Part shown: positions 1 to 8,565 of the stretch, one piece after another
How positions within the stretch are numbered: the stretch's first letter is position 1
Layout of the letters: each line of letters opens with the position of its first letter
The notes under the pieces: model-generated
What the model was told of the DNA's origin: nothing
The model's database searches: none
Seen by the model: only the letters and a program-made list of their open reading frames with translations
Position numbers and translations under genes: made by a program
Assembly: GCA_042090785.1 (NCBI GenBank)
Contig: JBELIP010000001.1
Location: 370,796-434,795, forward strand
Reading direction: 5' to 3'
Source: Cellvibrionales bacterium
GTDB lineage: Bacteria > Pseudomonadota > Gammaproteobacteria > Pseudomonadales > UBA7434
Length of the DNA stretch: 64,000 nucleotides

Positions 1-557
1 CGTTGCAGTAAAATACCGGCAGCTGCGGTATCGGATGTGGCTAACTGGAACAGTGTTGGTAGTTGCTCGGATTGATTAAAATAAGCCTGCAAGCAAAGTG
101 TAAGCGTGTCTTGATCGGCAGCTACAATACCTTGATAACGTTCGCCTTCTTCTGGCTCTATAGTAATGGCGAGTTGCCCAGGCCCCAATAATTGTTGGAA
201 ACCTTGCGTATCAGAATCACAGACCAGAGGCGTTTCTTCAGAGAGCCGTGCAACAGCACGAATTTTATGAGCCGTCGGCACCGCTAGTTCATTTGCAGCT
301 TGGTTGATAATAGCCTCGGCCATTAATAGCTTAACAGCACCATCACCTCTTGCTTGTAATGACAAACGGGCATTGTGCTTAAGGTGAATACCCATTAACA
401 CGCAGGCTGTAATGCTTTCACCCAATAATGCGTTTATTGCCGGCGGGTAATTATGGCCGTTTAAGGCTTCAATAAAACTGTTTTGAAGTTTTACAATTGC
501 CCCACGAAATGGCTGGCCAGCAAAATAAAAGCGTTGTATTAAATCAGTATTAGACAT
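1..557 (-). CDS. hslO: Hsp33 redox-regulated chaperone, N-terminal ~185 codons (3' end runs off the window)
   Basis: Manual minus-strand translation from ATG at 557 gives MSNTDLIQRFYFAGQPFRGAIVKLQ...GERYQGIVA...YFNQSEQLPT, colinear with E. coli Hsp33. It lies directly downstream of hslR, as in the hslR-hslO operon. It is absent from the ORF track because it has no stop inside the window. Confidence 0.85.
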   Translation of the reverse strand, partial: MSNTDLIQRFYFAGQPFRGAIVKLQNSFIEALNGHNYPPAINALLGESITACVLMGIHLKHNARLSLQARGDGAVKLLMAEAIINQAANELAVPTAHKIRAVARLSEETPLVCDSDTQGFQQLLGPGQLAITIEPEEGERYQGIVAADQDTLTLCLQAYFNQSEQLPTLFQLATSDTAAAGILLQ

Positions 558-660
558 ATTTAAAGACTTATTCAAAGAATGATAAAAAAGTGATTAATGA
601 GTAGCTACTAGAAAAACAAAGCAACACACCGTCATACGAATAGCATTAGGTGCAAAAAAG

Positions 661-1068
661 TTAATCGGATTCTGTGCCTTTTTTAAAGCGGTGAATTTGT
701 CGACGCTGTTTTTTATTGGGTCGCTCCGCATGGTTGGGCATGGTTAAATTAGCCACCTTTCTTTCTGCTGCTCGTTTTTCACGTAAGGCTATACTTGCTT
801 CGGTTTCGTCAAATAGTTTGCTTGCTTCTGTTGCATTGCGGCGTCGGTCAGATAGCATTTTAACCACCACGACTTTTTCATCCCAACCACAGCGAATGGT
901 TAACATAGCGCCTACCTCAGTGTTTTTACTGGTTTTAACTCGCTGGCCATTATAGTGAACCTTGCCACCTTCAATCGCTTGTTTGGCAAGGCTACGAGTT
1001 TTAAAAAAACGCGCGGCCCAGAGCCATTTATCAATTCGTACGGTATCAGTTGTGTTGGTTGTATTCAT
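661..1068 (-). CDS. hslR: heat shock protein 15 (S4-domain ribosome-associated RNA-binding protein)
   Basis: 135 aa. The N-terminal RIDKWLWAARFFKTRSLAKQAIEGGKVHYNGQRVK matches the Hsp15 S4-like domain. Context is yrfG-hslR-hslO, as in E. coli. Confidence 0.9.
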   Translation of the reverse strand: MNTTNTTDTVRIDKWLWAARFFKTRSLAKQAIEGGKVHYNGQRVKTSKNTEVGAMLTIRCGWDEKVVVVKMLSDRRRNATEASKLFDETEASIALREKRAAERKVANLTMPNHAERPNKKQRRQIHRFKKGTESD

Positions 1069-1080
1069 TGTATCGCGCTC

Positions 1081-1150
1081 AGCGAAGTTGTAGCTTTGGC
1101 TGTAGTTGTTGTAGTTGTTGTAGTTATAGATATTGTAGTTATAGAAATAA
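1081..1150. repeat. imperfect tandem 9-bp repeat (GTTGTAGTT-like units) filling the yrfG-hslR spacer
   Basis: Read directly: gaagttgtagct ttggctgtagtt gttgtagtt gttgtagtt atagatatt gtagtt atagaaata. It produces the spurious poly-Val ORF 955..1248. Confidence 0.7.
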
Positions 1151-1825
1151 TTAAGGCATTAATTCCGACAGCGATTGAATGCCAGTATAGCATTCAGGCT
1201 CTCGCATGGTTTGAGCTGGGCGCTGGCTGTCAGGATTCAACGGCATAATTAAATGTCGAATGCCATACTGGGCCGCTGATGCAAGCACCTGTTCATTATC
1301 ATCAACAAAAACGGTACGAGCTGGATTAAAAGAAAATTTTTCGGCGAATTGTTCCCAAAACGCAGGATTTTCTTTAGGTATACCAAAGTCATGAGAGGCA
1401 TGCACTTCATCAACATAGCTAGAAATATTGATGCTGGCGTCTTTTACCGCAAGTGTTTTGCGATGCGCATTGGTCACAATTAAAGATTTTACGGGCAGCG
1501 TATTTACAGCGGTTAGCAATGCTTCTGCATAAGGTAAAAATTGAATCCGATTTTGTACCTCATATTTTAATGCAACAATATCAACCCCTAGCTGATCGCT
1601 CCAATAGTCAATACAATAAAAATTAAGCGTGCCGAGCTGATTGCGAATTTTATCTTCTAAGAATTCTCGAGCTTCGTTTTCATGCCATTGTTTTATCGCT
1701 GCATATTGTCTGGGCAAATGGTGTAACCAAAAATAATTATCATAGTGTAGATCCAACAGCGTGCCGTCCATATCGAATAACACGGTATCAATGCTGTGCC
1801 AATCTATGTTGTGCGAATTACCCAT
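1151..1825 (-). CDS. yrfG: HAD-superfamily hydrolase, YrfG-like GMP/IMP nucleotidase
   Basis: 224 aa. HAD motif I is VLFDMDGTLLD and the C-terminal motif is VFVDDNEQVL. The position upstream of hslR-hslO matches E. coli yrfG. Confidence 0.7.
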   Translation of the reverse strand: MGNSHNIDWHSIDTVLFDMDGTLLDLHYDNYFWLHHLPRQYAAIKQWHENEAREFLEDKIRNQLGTLNFYCIDYWSDQLGVDIVALKYEVQNRIQFLPYAEALLTAVNTLPVKSLIVTNAHRKTLAVKDASINISSYVDEVHASHDFGIPKENPAFWEQFAEKFSFNPARTVFVDDNEQVLASAAQYGIRHLIMPLNPDSQRPAQTMREPECYTGIQSLSELMP

Positions 1826-2033
1826 GCTATGTGCGCTTTAACCTTATGCTGGTTTATCGACTATTTTATTGTTTAGTTTTAGTAGTGATTATACGCATAT
1901 TGTAAGGCGTTAAGATCATTGCGTCACAGGATTAATCCCTGCGACGCTTAGAGGGGAAAGGCGTCTAAATAAAATAACGAGCAAAGTAGATAGGAGAGGG
2001 GGCTTAAATTTTATCAGTAGTCTATAAGAGAGT

Positions 2034-2276
2034 TTAACGGCCTAAGCGCGAAAACTCTCTTAATTGTTTAGCACTCGGCCAACAAGTGCGGCCGACATAA
2101 TAAAGTAACGCCATTTGTGCATCGGCCTTATTGCTAAACGGACCTGCTTGCTCATTCTTGGTATTGGTGACAAACCAAAGGCCATTCTTAATAGAAAAGC
2201 ACTTTTTTAAATGTTGGCGACTCGATTTTTTTGGCGACTCGTTTTGTTCTGTTTTGGGCAACGGCTTAATGCTCAT
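2034..2276 (-). CDS. small hypothetical protein (80 aa)
   Basis: An ORF in an otherwise empty region. The central segment GLWFVTNTKNEQAGPFSNKADAQMALLYYV resembles, from memory only, small DUF6316-type proteins (Trp/Phe-x-F-x-T-R-E-G-x-x-GPF...A). I have no search support for this. Confidence 0.4.
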   Translation of the reverse strand: MSIKPLPKTEQNESPKKSSRQHLKKCFSIKNGLWFVTNTKNEQAGPFSNKADAQMALLYYVGRTCWPSAKQLREFSRLGR

Positions 2277-2556
2277 AGCAGTGTGAATAACCTCTATCTA
2301 TTAGTGACTGTATTTAAAAATGGCTTAGCAAAAGCACCTGTTTGTTAATGTGCTTTTCGCTTGTCTTAGTTAGAGACTAGTAGAGGTCTAAATGTTTCGC
2401 AGATATGACAGCTATAAAGTGTGAGGATGTTACAGAATTTTAGTTTAGGGCGCGCATCCTTGCGCAGCTGAGGGGAAATTATAACCACAGTGGACGTTAA
2501 CTGTGGGTAAAAATGAGAAAAGGCTAGGTTGTAGGGCTAGGTTGTTAAATACAAAA

Positions 2557-3099
2557 CTAGGCCGTTAAGCGCATGGTTGTCCAGACCGGTGTTGTTTTTC
2601 GCTTGCTGGCAGGTCGCACTTTTGAGCCCGATAAAAGCGGTAACTGTTTTAAGCCTTTTAAAAGCCGTTGTATCATTCTTTGAGTTTTTGCCTGGCAGAG
2701 TAATAGTGGTAATTCAATGCAGCGAAGTGACGAAAAATTAGACAGTTTTACGCCGTCAGTGACAAAGTAACGAACGGGTTGCCAGCGGCCGCGTGAATCA
2801 AAGTAGGGCGACTTAATTAAGGCGCAGACTTTCTGGTGTTGATTAAAGATAAAGGTTGTTCCCTTTTTGCTGCAGACTAAAGGTGTTGTCGAGTCGCTAA
2901 TATGCTGTCTGAAGGTCTTATAGCTTACCGATTGGCATTTTCCGCCAATAAGGCCATGTGCAGCTAGTGATTGCTGTTGTCGACTTTGTGTTTGGGGTTT
3001 TCTTGAACGCAAGCCGTTTTTTAAACTACGATTTAACCCATGATTTAAACCACGATGATGAATATTATTGATGAGGGTTTGCATAAGAGTTGTTAGCAT
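2557..3099 (-). CDS. hypothetical basic Gln/Lys/Arg-rich protein (180 aa) downstream of tandem SOS boxes
   Basis: A 543-nt ORF with an AGGT Shine-Dalgarno-like element about 8 nt before the ATG. LexA boxes lie 65-95 bp upstream. I recognise no known family motif. Confidence 0.6.
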   Translation of the reverse strand: MLTTLMQTLINNIHHRGLNHGLNRSLKNGLRSRKPQTQSRQQQSLAAHGLIGGKCQSVSYKTFRQHISDSTTPLVCSKKGTTFIFNQHQKVCALIKSPYFDSRGRWQPVRYFVTDGVKLSNFSSLRCIELPLLLCQAKTQRMIQRLLKGLKQLPLLSGSKVRPASKRKTTPVWTTMRLTA

Positions 3100-3163
3100 C
3101 GTTAATTACCTAAATTGGATTCGCTTAAATTGATCTAGTGCTGATATTAGCTCTGCACATTCA

Positions 3164-3194
3164 CTGTATACTTAAACAGTGTATACCCATACAG
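3164..3194. promoter_or_regulatory. two overlapping LexA (SOS) operator boxes
   Basis: CTGT-N8-ACAG at 3164-3179 (20-mer cACTGTATACTTAAACAGTg). A second box, GTGT-N8-ACAG, is at 3179-3194 and reads CTGT-N8-ACAC on the minus strand. Both overlap a plausible minus-strand promoter (TTGCAA at 3200-3205, TACACT about 16 nt downstream). Confidence 0.7.
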
Positions 3195-3424
3195 TAGTTT
3201 TGCAAGAAATCACCGAAAAATTTTCACCCTAATAATGTCTTTGGGTGCTAACTCATTGTTTTACATAACAGACTTTTTTTATTTTTTGTGCGCGGGGTAG
3301 ATTATTTTGTGCAAAAAGTTACGGTACATTAACGGCGTAGTTCGGCATATTGAATGTCTATTATGCTTATGGCGTTTATTCATTAACGAATAAATACAAA
3401 CTTTCCCTTGCTCTAGGAGATAAC

Positions 3425-4102
3425 ATGAAACTCATTTCGCCCATTATCTTAAGCACCGCTTTATTGGGCTGTGCGACTCAACCAGCCGGCTCTGGCGATA
3501 ATTCAGCCACAGCCGATAGGAATAAAGCAAAAATTGGCGCCATTGTTGGTGCTGTAGCCGGTGCGATTGTTGGTGGCCAACTCGATGATGATGGTAACCG
3601 TGATAAAGGAATGATTTTAGGGGCCATTGCGGGGGCGGCAACAGGGGCGGGTATTGGCAATTATATGGATAAACAAGAGCAAGCGTTTCGTGATGCCCTT
3701 GCTGCCGAGCAGCGTCGTTCAGAAATAGAAATTGAGCGAGTGCGTGAAGATTTGCTTAAATTGACCTTTGATAATGAAGTGACATTTGATTTAAACCGTG
3801 CCGATATTAAACCGTCGTTCTCTACTAGCTTGAATAAAGTGGCTGAGGTGATGCAAAAATATCAGTCAAGAGGTGAAGTGGTTGGGCATACTGATTCCAC
3901 CGGTTCTGAAAGCTACAATCAAGCATTATCGGAGCGACGAGCAGCATCAGTGGTTTCATATTTAACGCGAAGCGGCGTTTCAGCGGCGAGTTTGAGTTCA
4001 TCGGGTCGTGGTGAATATGAACCGCGTGAATCCAATGCCATAGAAGCAGGCCGTGCGTTAAATCGTCGTGTAGAAGTGTTTGTGACACCGACAGCAGATT
4101 AG
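3425..4102 (+). CDS. OmpA-family lipoprotein with Gly-zipper region (YiaD-like)
   Basis: I moved the start to the ATG at 3425, preceded by GGAGA. The signal peptide has the lipobox LLGC. A Gly-zipper (GAIVGAVAGAIVGG...GAIAGAATGAGIGNYMD) is followed by a C-terminal OmpA-like domain (GHTDSTGSESYNQALSERRA...NRRVEV). Confidence 0.85.
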   Translation: MKLISPIILSTALLGCATQPAGSGDNSATADRNKAKIGAIVGAVAGAIVGGQLDDDGNRDKGMILGAIAGAATGAGIGNYMDKQEQAFRDALAAEQRRSEIEIERVREDLLKLTFDNEVTFDLNRADIKPSFSTSLNKVAEVMQKYQSRGEVVGHTDSTGSESYNQALSERRAASVVSYLTRSGVSAASLSSSGRGEYEPRESNAIEAGRALNRRVEVFVTPTAD

Positions 4103-4114
4103 CAAACGGCTAAG

Positions 4115-4774
4115 CTACTGTGGCTGCGGTTGATGTAACCAGTCGTAAAGCGTTTCTCGCGCTTGCTCTAATCCCATGGCATTGGTCGCAGAAAATAATT
4201 GAGCGCTAATATGCGGATAATCTGCAACGCTTTTCTCCACTTGAAACAGGGCCTGCATGGCGGGCCCACGTTTTAGCTTGTCGGCTTTTGTAATTAAGAT
4301 ATGGCATTGAATTTGATATTGCTTAACCCAGTCAAGCATGACGGTATCAAACGGTTGTAATGGATGCCTTACATCCATAACTAAGACTAGCCCTGTCAGG
4401 GATGCACGTTTTTCTAAATACTGCTCTAAATGCTTTTGCCATTCTAGCTTTTTGGCAATAGCTACCTTTGCATAGCCGTACCCAGGCAAATCGACTAAGC
4501 GCTGCTCGTCGCGTAAGCCAAAAAAGTTAATTAACTGGGTGCGCCCAGGGGTTTTACTGATACGGGCGAGTTTTTTCTGTCCGGTAATGCGGTTAATAGC
4601 ACTCGACTTACCCGCGTTAGAGCGACCGGCAAAAGCGACTTCAAAGCCATGATCGAGCGGGCATTGGGCGAGTTTTGCCGCACTTTGGGTAAAAACCGCC
4701 GTTTGAAAGTACTTTTGTAGATCAATATCTGAAAGCTGAGTGTTATCTTTTTCTGTTGTCATAGTGCTCATCAA
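4115..4774 (-). CDS. engB: ribosome biogenesis GTP-binding protein YihA/EngB
   Basis: 219 aa. The G1 motif is GRSNAGKSS, followed by [12 protein letters not shown] and DLPGYGYA. It is divergent from cytochrome c4, as in Pseudomonas. Confidence 0.9.
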   Translation of the reverse strand: MMSTMTTEKDNTQLSDIDLQKYFQTAVFTQSAAKLAQCPLDHGFEVAFAGRSNAGKSSAINRITGQKKLARISKTPGRTQLINFFGLRDEQRLVDLPGYGYAKVAIAKKLEWQKHLEQYLEKRASLTGLVLVMDVRHPLQPFDTVMLDWVKQYQIQCHILITKADKLKRGPAMQALFQVEKSVADYPHISAQLFSATNAMGLEQARETLYDWLHQPQPQ

Positions 4775-5037
4775 GTCGATAGTCGTTAAATCGGTGACTT
4801 TCTAACCGAGAATTACTCTGGATATGGCCTATTTTAAAGCAAGCCATTATACCTGTAAGAAGGCTAAGTGAGTGGATTGCTCAATTGTTTAGCAATATGC
4901 ACAGCAAAATATCTGGACGCATAAACCGATGTCGATGGTAAAATGCTGGCCGTTTTAGCGATATGTCGCATTGTCTTGGCGGCTCGCAGTACCGATTTCA
5001 CGATAATTTATTAATAGATCAAATTTTGGAAGATAAA

Positions 5038-5655
5038 ATGAAACTCTTTTCTAACGCTTTTATTGCGGTCTTACTAGGCCTTTCATTGGCAGCTATGACG
5101 CAGGCGGCAGGTAATGCTAGTGCGGGTAAGAACAAAGTTGCTACCTGTGGCGCTTGTCATGGTAACGATGGCAACAGCTTAATACCGTCTAACCCTAAAC
5201 TAGCCGGGCAGGGCGAAAAATATCTTCTTAAGCAATTAAAAGATGTTCAGCGAGGCGATAGAGAAATTGCTATGATGACTGGGCTGCTAAACAATTTAAA
5301 TGATCAAGATTTGGCTGATATCGCCGCATATTATGCCAGCCAAACACAAACGCAAGGCGCATCTGAGGCGAAATGGGTTGAGTTAGGTGAAGAGATTTAC
5401 CGAAATGGTAATCATGAGCGTGGCATACCTTCTTGCACTGGCTGTCATGGCCCGGCAGGCGCAGGTAATGCACCCGCAGGATTCCCAATGATTGCTGGCC
5501 AGCATGCTGAGTATATTGCTATTCAATTACGTCATTTTTCAGTTGGCAACCGTCATAATGATGGCGAAGGCAAGGTCATGCGCGGCATAGCGGAACGAAT
5601 GAATGAGAACGAAATCCAAGCCGTTTCTAGCTACATTGCAGGGCTTAGACAATAA
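5038..5655 (+). CDS. cc4: dihaem cytochrome c4
   Basis: I moved the start to the ATG at 5038 (MKLFSNAFIAVLLGLSLAAMTQAAG signal peptide). There are two CxxCH motifs (CGACHG, CTGCHG). It is followed by dsbA. Confidence 0.9.
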   Translation: MKLFSNAFIAVLLGLSLAAMTQAAGNASAGKNKVATCGACHGNDGNSLIPSNPKLAGQGEKYLLKQLKDVQRGDREIAMMTGLLNNLNDQDLADIAAYYASQTQTQGASEAKWVELGEEIYRNGNHERGIPSCTGCHGPAGAGNAPAGFPMIAGQHAEYIAIQLRHFSVGNRHNDGEGKVMRGIAERMNENEIQAVSSYIAGLRQ

Positions 5656-5730
5656 ACCAGGCCCTTCAACCACGTAAAACCACGTAGACCGATTGGGCCA
5701 GAGTTCAACAGTAAAAAAGGATAGCAAGCA

Positions 5731-6384
5731 ATGAAAATAGTACGCCGCATGGCAGCGCTTTTATTATTACTACCAACGTTAATTTTGACTCAATCAGCCT
5801 GCGCTGAAGATACTGCTTTAGCAGCACAATACCAAGCTGGTACCCACTACCAGGTGCTGCCAAACCCAGCGAGAACATTAGACGCTAATAAAATAGAAGT
5901 CATGGAAGTTTTTTGGTACGGCTGCTCACATTGCTATGCGATTGAACCCTTGTTAGCAAAGTGGAAAGAGACCATTGCCGACGATGTTATCTTTGCTAAA
6001 ACCCCTGCCGTTTGGCGCGACTTTATGCGTCTTCATGCCAATGTCTATTACACGGCTGAAGCGTTTAATTTACCCCGTGAATTTCACAATGAAATTTTTG
6101 CGTTATTAGCAAAAAGCCCAAAACTGGCTAATCAAGACAGGTTTGCCGAAGTATTTGCTAAATATGGCGTCAGCAAAGAAGCTTTCAGTAAAAAAGTGAA
6201 TGCTTTTGGCATTATGAGCAAGGTTTCACAGGGCGAAAAGCGCGCGCGTAAGCATTATCTTATACAAGGCACGCCAGAAATGATTGTTAATGGTAAGTAC
6301 CGAATTAGTGCGCGAATGGCTGGTAGCCAAGCAGAAATGCTCAAAGTGGTTAACTACCTTATTGAGCTTGAGCGAAACTCATAA
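5731..6384 (+). CDS. dsbA: periplasmic thiol:disulfide oxidoreductase DsbA
   Basis: 217 aa with a signal peptide and the active site WYGCSHCY. Confidence 0.9.
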   Translation: MKIVRRMAALLLLLPTLILTQSACAEDTALAAQYQAGTHYQVLPNPARTLDANKIEVMEVFWYGCSHCYAIEPLLAKWKETIADDVIFAKTPAVWRDFMRLHANVYYTAEAFNLPREFHNEIFALLAKSPKLANQDRFAEVFAKYGVSKEAFSKKVNAFGIMSKVSQGEKRARKHYLIQGTPEMIVNGKYRISARMAGSQAEMLKVVNYLIELERNS

Positions 6385-6402
6385 TCCAGAAACTCGTCGG
6401 CC

Positions 6403-6434
6403 AAAAAAAACCGCTGAATTCAGCGGTTTTTTTT
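6403..6434 (+). terminator. rho-independent terminator after dsbA (A-tract/stem/T-tract, bidirectional shape)
   Basis: aaaaaaaa-CCGCTGAATTCAGCGG-tttttttt, read directly. Confidence 0.85.
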
Positions 6435-6555
6435 GGCTTTTAGATTTTGAAAAGCCTTCTATACTGTTTATAGCAAGTCAGCGAATGAAGTGATGATAAC
6501 TTATCGCTCATTAATAACGTTAATAATAGTCAGCTAAATCAATGACAAGGTTTTT

Positions 6556-8118
6556 ATGAACTTTCTCAAAGGAAACCCTACAGAAAAAATAAAGACGTTA
6601 CAGTCGGTATTAAATAAAAAAGAACAGGTTTTTGGGCGTTTACGTCAATCCTTAGACGATTCTCTCAACCATTTATCGGTTGCAGCCGAAGGCCAAGACG
6701 AGAGCTTGGACCTAATCATTCATGAACTGCGCACCCAAATGCAAGGGAGTAATGGAGCGATTAGTGCCGAGCTAGTTGCTCAGCTAGAGAGCTCTGCTAA
6801 TGGTATGGTAGCACTTAGACGGCAGCGTGCAGAAAAGCAGTTACAGGGTTTTAGTGATGGCATTGCCCAATTACTATTGCTTAATCCTCCCACTGAAATT
6901 CGAAAGCAGCTCGCTGGGTTTGTCCGCGATACGCGCCAAAGTATTAATAACCCAACGCAGCAAGAGTTGCTCCCGATTAAGTTTTCTCAGCTACAAGGCC
7001 AAGTGCTGAGCGAATTAGATACTCATGCCGCAAATACACTCGATACTGCAAATGAAATGTCGCCAGACCCTGCTGTTGTAGAGGCAATAGAAGGGATCTT
7101 AGCCGATATATTAGTGCAGATAAGGCCGCTTGCAGCAACAGAAGACGCTTTGGAAAAAGCGCAACATATACTCAACGCTGGGTTAGATTGGCAGGTGCTG
7201 GCCGAGTTATTAGAACAGTTAAGTATTGTTGTTATTGCAACCCTCGATAACGATCAACACGAATTCGAATTATTTTTACAAAGCCTCAACGATCAACTTT
7301 CCAGTTTATGCGACGGCGTCAGTGGCATTGATGACATGACGAAATCCATACTTAATGGCGGAGAAGCATTTGATAAGGCCGTTCGACAAGATATTCAAGT
7401 ATTTGCTGGTGATATCGATAATGCGAGTTCTCTGGCATCCTTAAAAGGCTCAGTGAAAACACATCTTGCCTCTGTGTTTGGTCAATTAGACCAATTTAAG
7501 CTCGAGCGGCTTGAGCAGCAATTAGATTACGAGACCGAACTGAATAGTCTAAAAGGTCAGGTCCAAGCCTTAGAGCGCGAAGCGGCGCGGGCACATGCCG
7601 AAGTTGAAGTGCAGCAGCGACGCAGTGAGCGTGATGCACTGACTAAGCTGCCTAATAGAGAGGCTTATGAACGTCGTATTGCCATTGAATTAGAGCGGGT
7701 TAGACGCTACAGCTCTAAATTTTGCTTGGTAGTAGCCGATGTCGATTACTTTAAACAGGTTAATGATTCCTATGGACATTTAGCCGGCGATAAAGTCTTG
7801 AGAGTTTTAGCTAAAACCATGCGTCGCCGATTGAGGCTGGCTGATTTTATAGCTCGTTACGGCGGTGAAGAGTTTGTTATTTTACTGCCAGAAACCGATG
7901 CTAAAGCAGCCTTAGTTTTAATGAATGAGATTTGCATGCAGATTCGTGACTGCCCCTTTCATTTTAAATCCGAACCATTAAACATCACTATCTCTTTAGG
8001 GATTGCTCAGGTGGCTGAAGGTGATGACGGCAGAACACTTTTTGCCCGCGCAGATAAAGCCATGTATGAAGCCAAGCAGCAGGGCCGAGACCGCTGCTAT
8101 GTTGCCGATGGCAGCTAA
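6556..8118 (+). CDS. diguanylate cyclase (coiled-coil N-terminal region + GGDEF domain)
   Basis: 520 aa. The C-terminal GGDEF domain has the active site RYGGEEF and the upstream motifs DVDYFKQVNDSYGH. It has the same position relative to dsbA as the Pseudomonas GGDEF gene. Confidence 0.85.
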   Translation: MNFLKGNPTEKIKTLQSVLNKKEQVFGRLRQSLDDSLNHLSVAAEGQDESLDLIIHELRTQMQGSNGAISAELVAQLESSANGMVALRRQRAEKQLQGFSDGIAQLLLLNPPTEIRKQLAGFVRDTRQSINNPTQQELLPIKFSQLQGQVLSELDTHAANTLDTANEMSPDPAVVEAIEGILADILVQIRPLAATEDALEKAQHILNAGLDWQVLAELLEQLSIVVIATLDNDQHEFELFLQSLNDQLSSLCDGVSGIDDMTKSILNGGEAFDKAVRQDIQVFAGDIDNASSLASLKGSVKTHLASVFGQLDQFKLERLEQQLDYETELNSLKGQVQALEREAARAHAEVEVQQRRSERDALTKLPNREAYERRIAIELERVRRYSSKFCLVVADVDYFKQVNDSYGHLAGDKVLRVLAKTMRRRLRLADFIARYGGEEFVILLPETDAKAALVLMNEICMQIRDCPFHFKSEPLNITISLGIAQVAEGDDGRTLFARADKAMYEAKQQGRDRCYVADGS

Positions 8119-8346
8119 ACAACAAGAATAGTTAAAGACCGATTAAAGAGTAATAAACGCTAAATAATCGCCGCCAATATTTTCTTAATTCGACAATAGC
8201 AAGTCGTTGAATATGGTCTACACTGATAGGCGATTAACGACCAGTTATACAGCGGCCATTGTTCAAGAAAAACGGCATTAACTGGTGAAATAGACAAATA
8301 CTGATGAGTAATCAGAAAATACAAGACCATATGTAGGAGTCATGCC

Positions 8347-8511
8347 ATGGGCGATGAAAAAGAATTGGATTTAAGTCTTTTTGAGCAGCTAGATGAAGCC
8401 CTTGAAGAGCGAGCTGGCGGCAGTGATCGTAGAAAGAAAAATATCGGTGCCGATGATTCAATAGGTGAGGACCGCCGCAAAGGTGATCGACGCTTAATTG
8501 ACGATCAATAG
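8347..8511 (+). CDS. possible small acidic/basic protein (54 aa), hypothetical
   Basis: Found by hand because it is below the ORF-track cutoff. An AGGAG sits 7-8 nt upstream of the ATG. Translation: MGDEKELDLSLFEQLDEALEERAGGSDRRKKNIGADDSIGEDRRKGDRRLIDDQ. I recognise no homolog. Confidence 0.3.
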   Translation: MGDEKELDLSLFEQLDEALEERAGGSDRRKKNIGADDSIGEDRRKGDRRLIDDQ

Positions 8512-8565
8512 CCGAGCAATCAATAGCCGAGAAATCAATAGGCTAGCAATTAATAGGCGGGCAAT
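8506..8565. repeat. 15-bp tandem repeat x4 (CAATAGCCGAGCAAT-like)
   Basis: The units are caatagccgagcaat / caatagccgagaaat / caataggctagcaat / taataggcgggcaat. The first unit contains the stop codon of the 54-codon ORF. Confidence 0.8.

Noticed and set aside
955-1248. The 97-aa plus-strand ORF with a poly-Val run.
   Set aside because: It is created by the 9-bp GTTGTAGTT repeat array and overlaps the hslR start and yrfG end on the opposite strand. It has no RBS.
2557-3099. Calling the SOS-box gene sulA, on the grounds of LexA boxes, similar size and an OmpA-family neighbour as in E. coli.
   Set aside because: The translated sequence lacks the SulA pattern I know (central LLLP...L followed by RW..., with neutral to acidic composition). 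It is instead extremely basic and Gln-rich. I left it as hypothetical.
8209-8221. The 12-mer ATATGGTCTACA, shared between 8209-8221 and the glnA enhancer region (about 24923-24934).
   Set aside because: Many exact 12-mer coincidences are expected by chance in 64 kb, and there is no supporting context.
8301-8319. A CUGAUGAG...GAAA string resembling the hammerhead ribozyme core.
   Set aside because: The segment between CUGAUGA and GAAA (GUAAUCA) cannot form a stem II of more than 1 bp, and no stem I/III partners or cleavage triplet are evident. I treat it as a coincidence.
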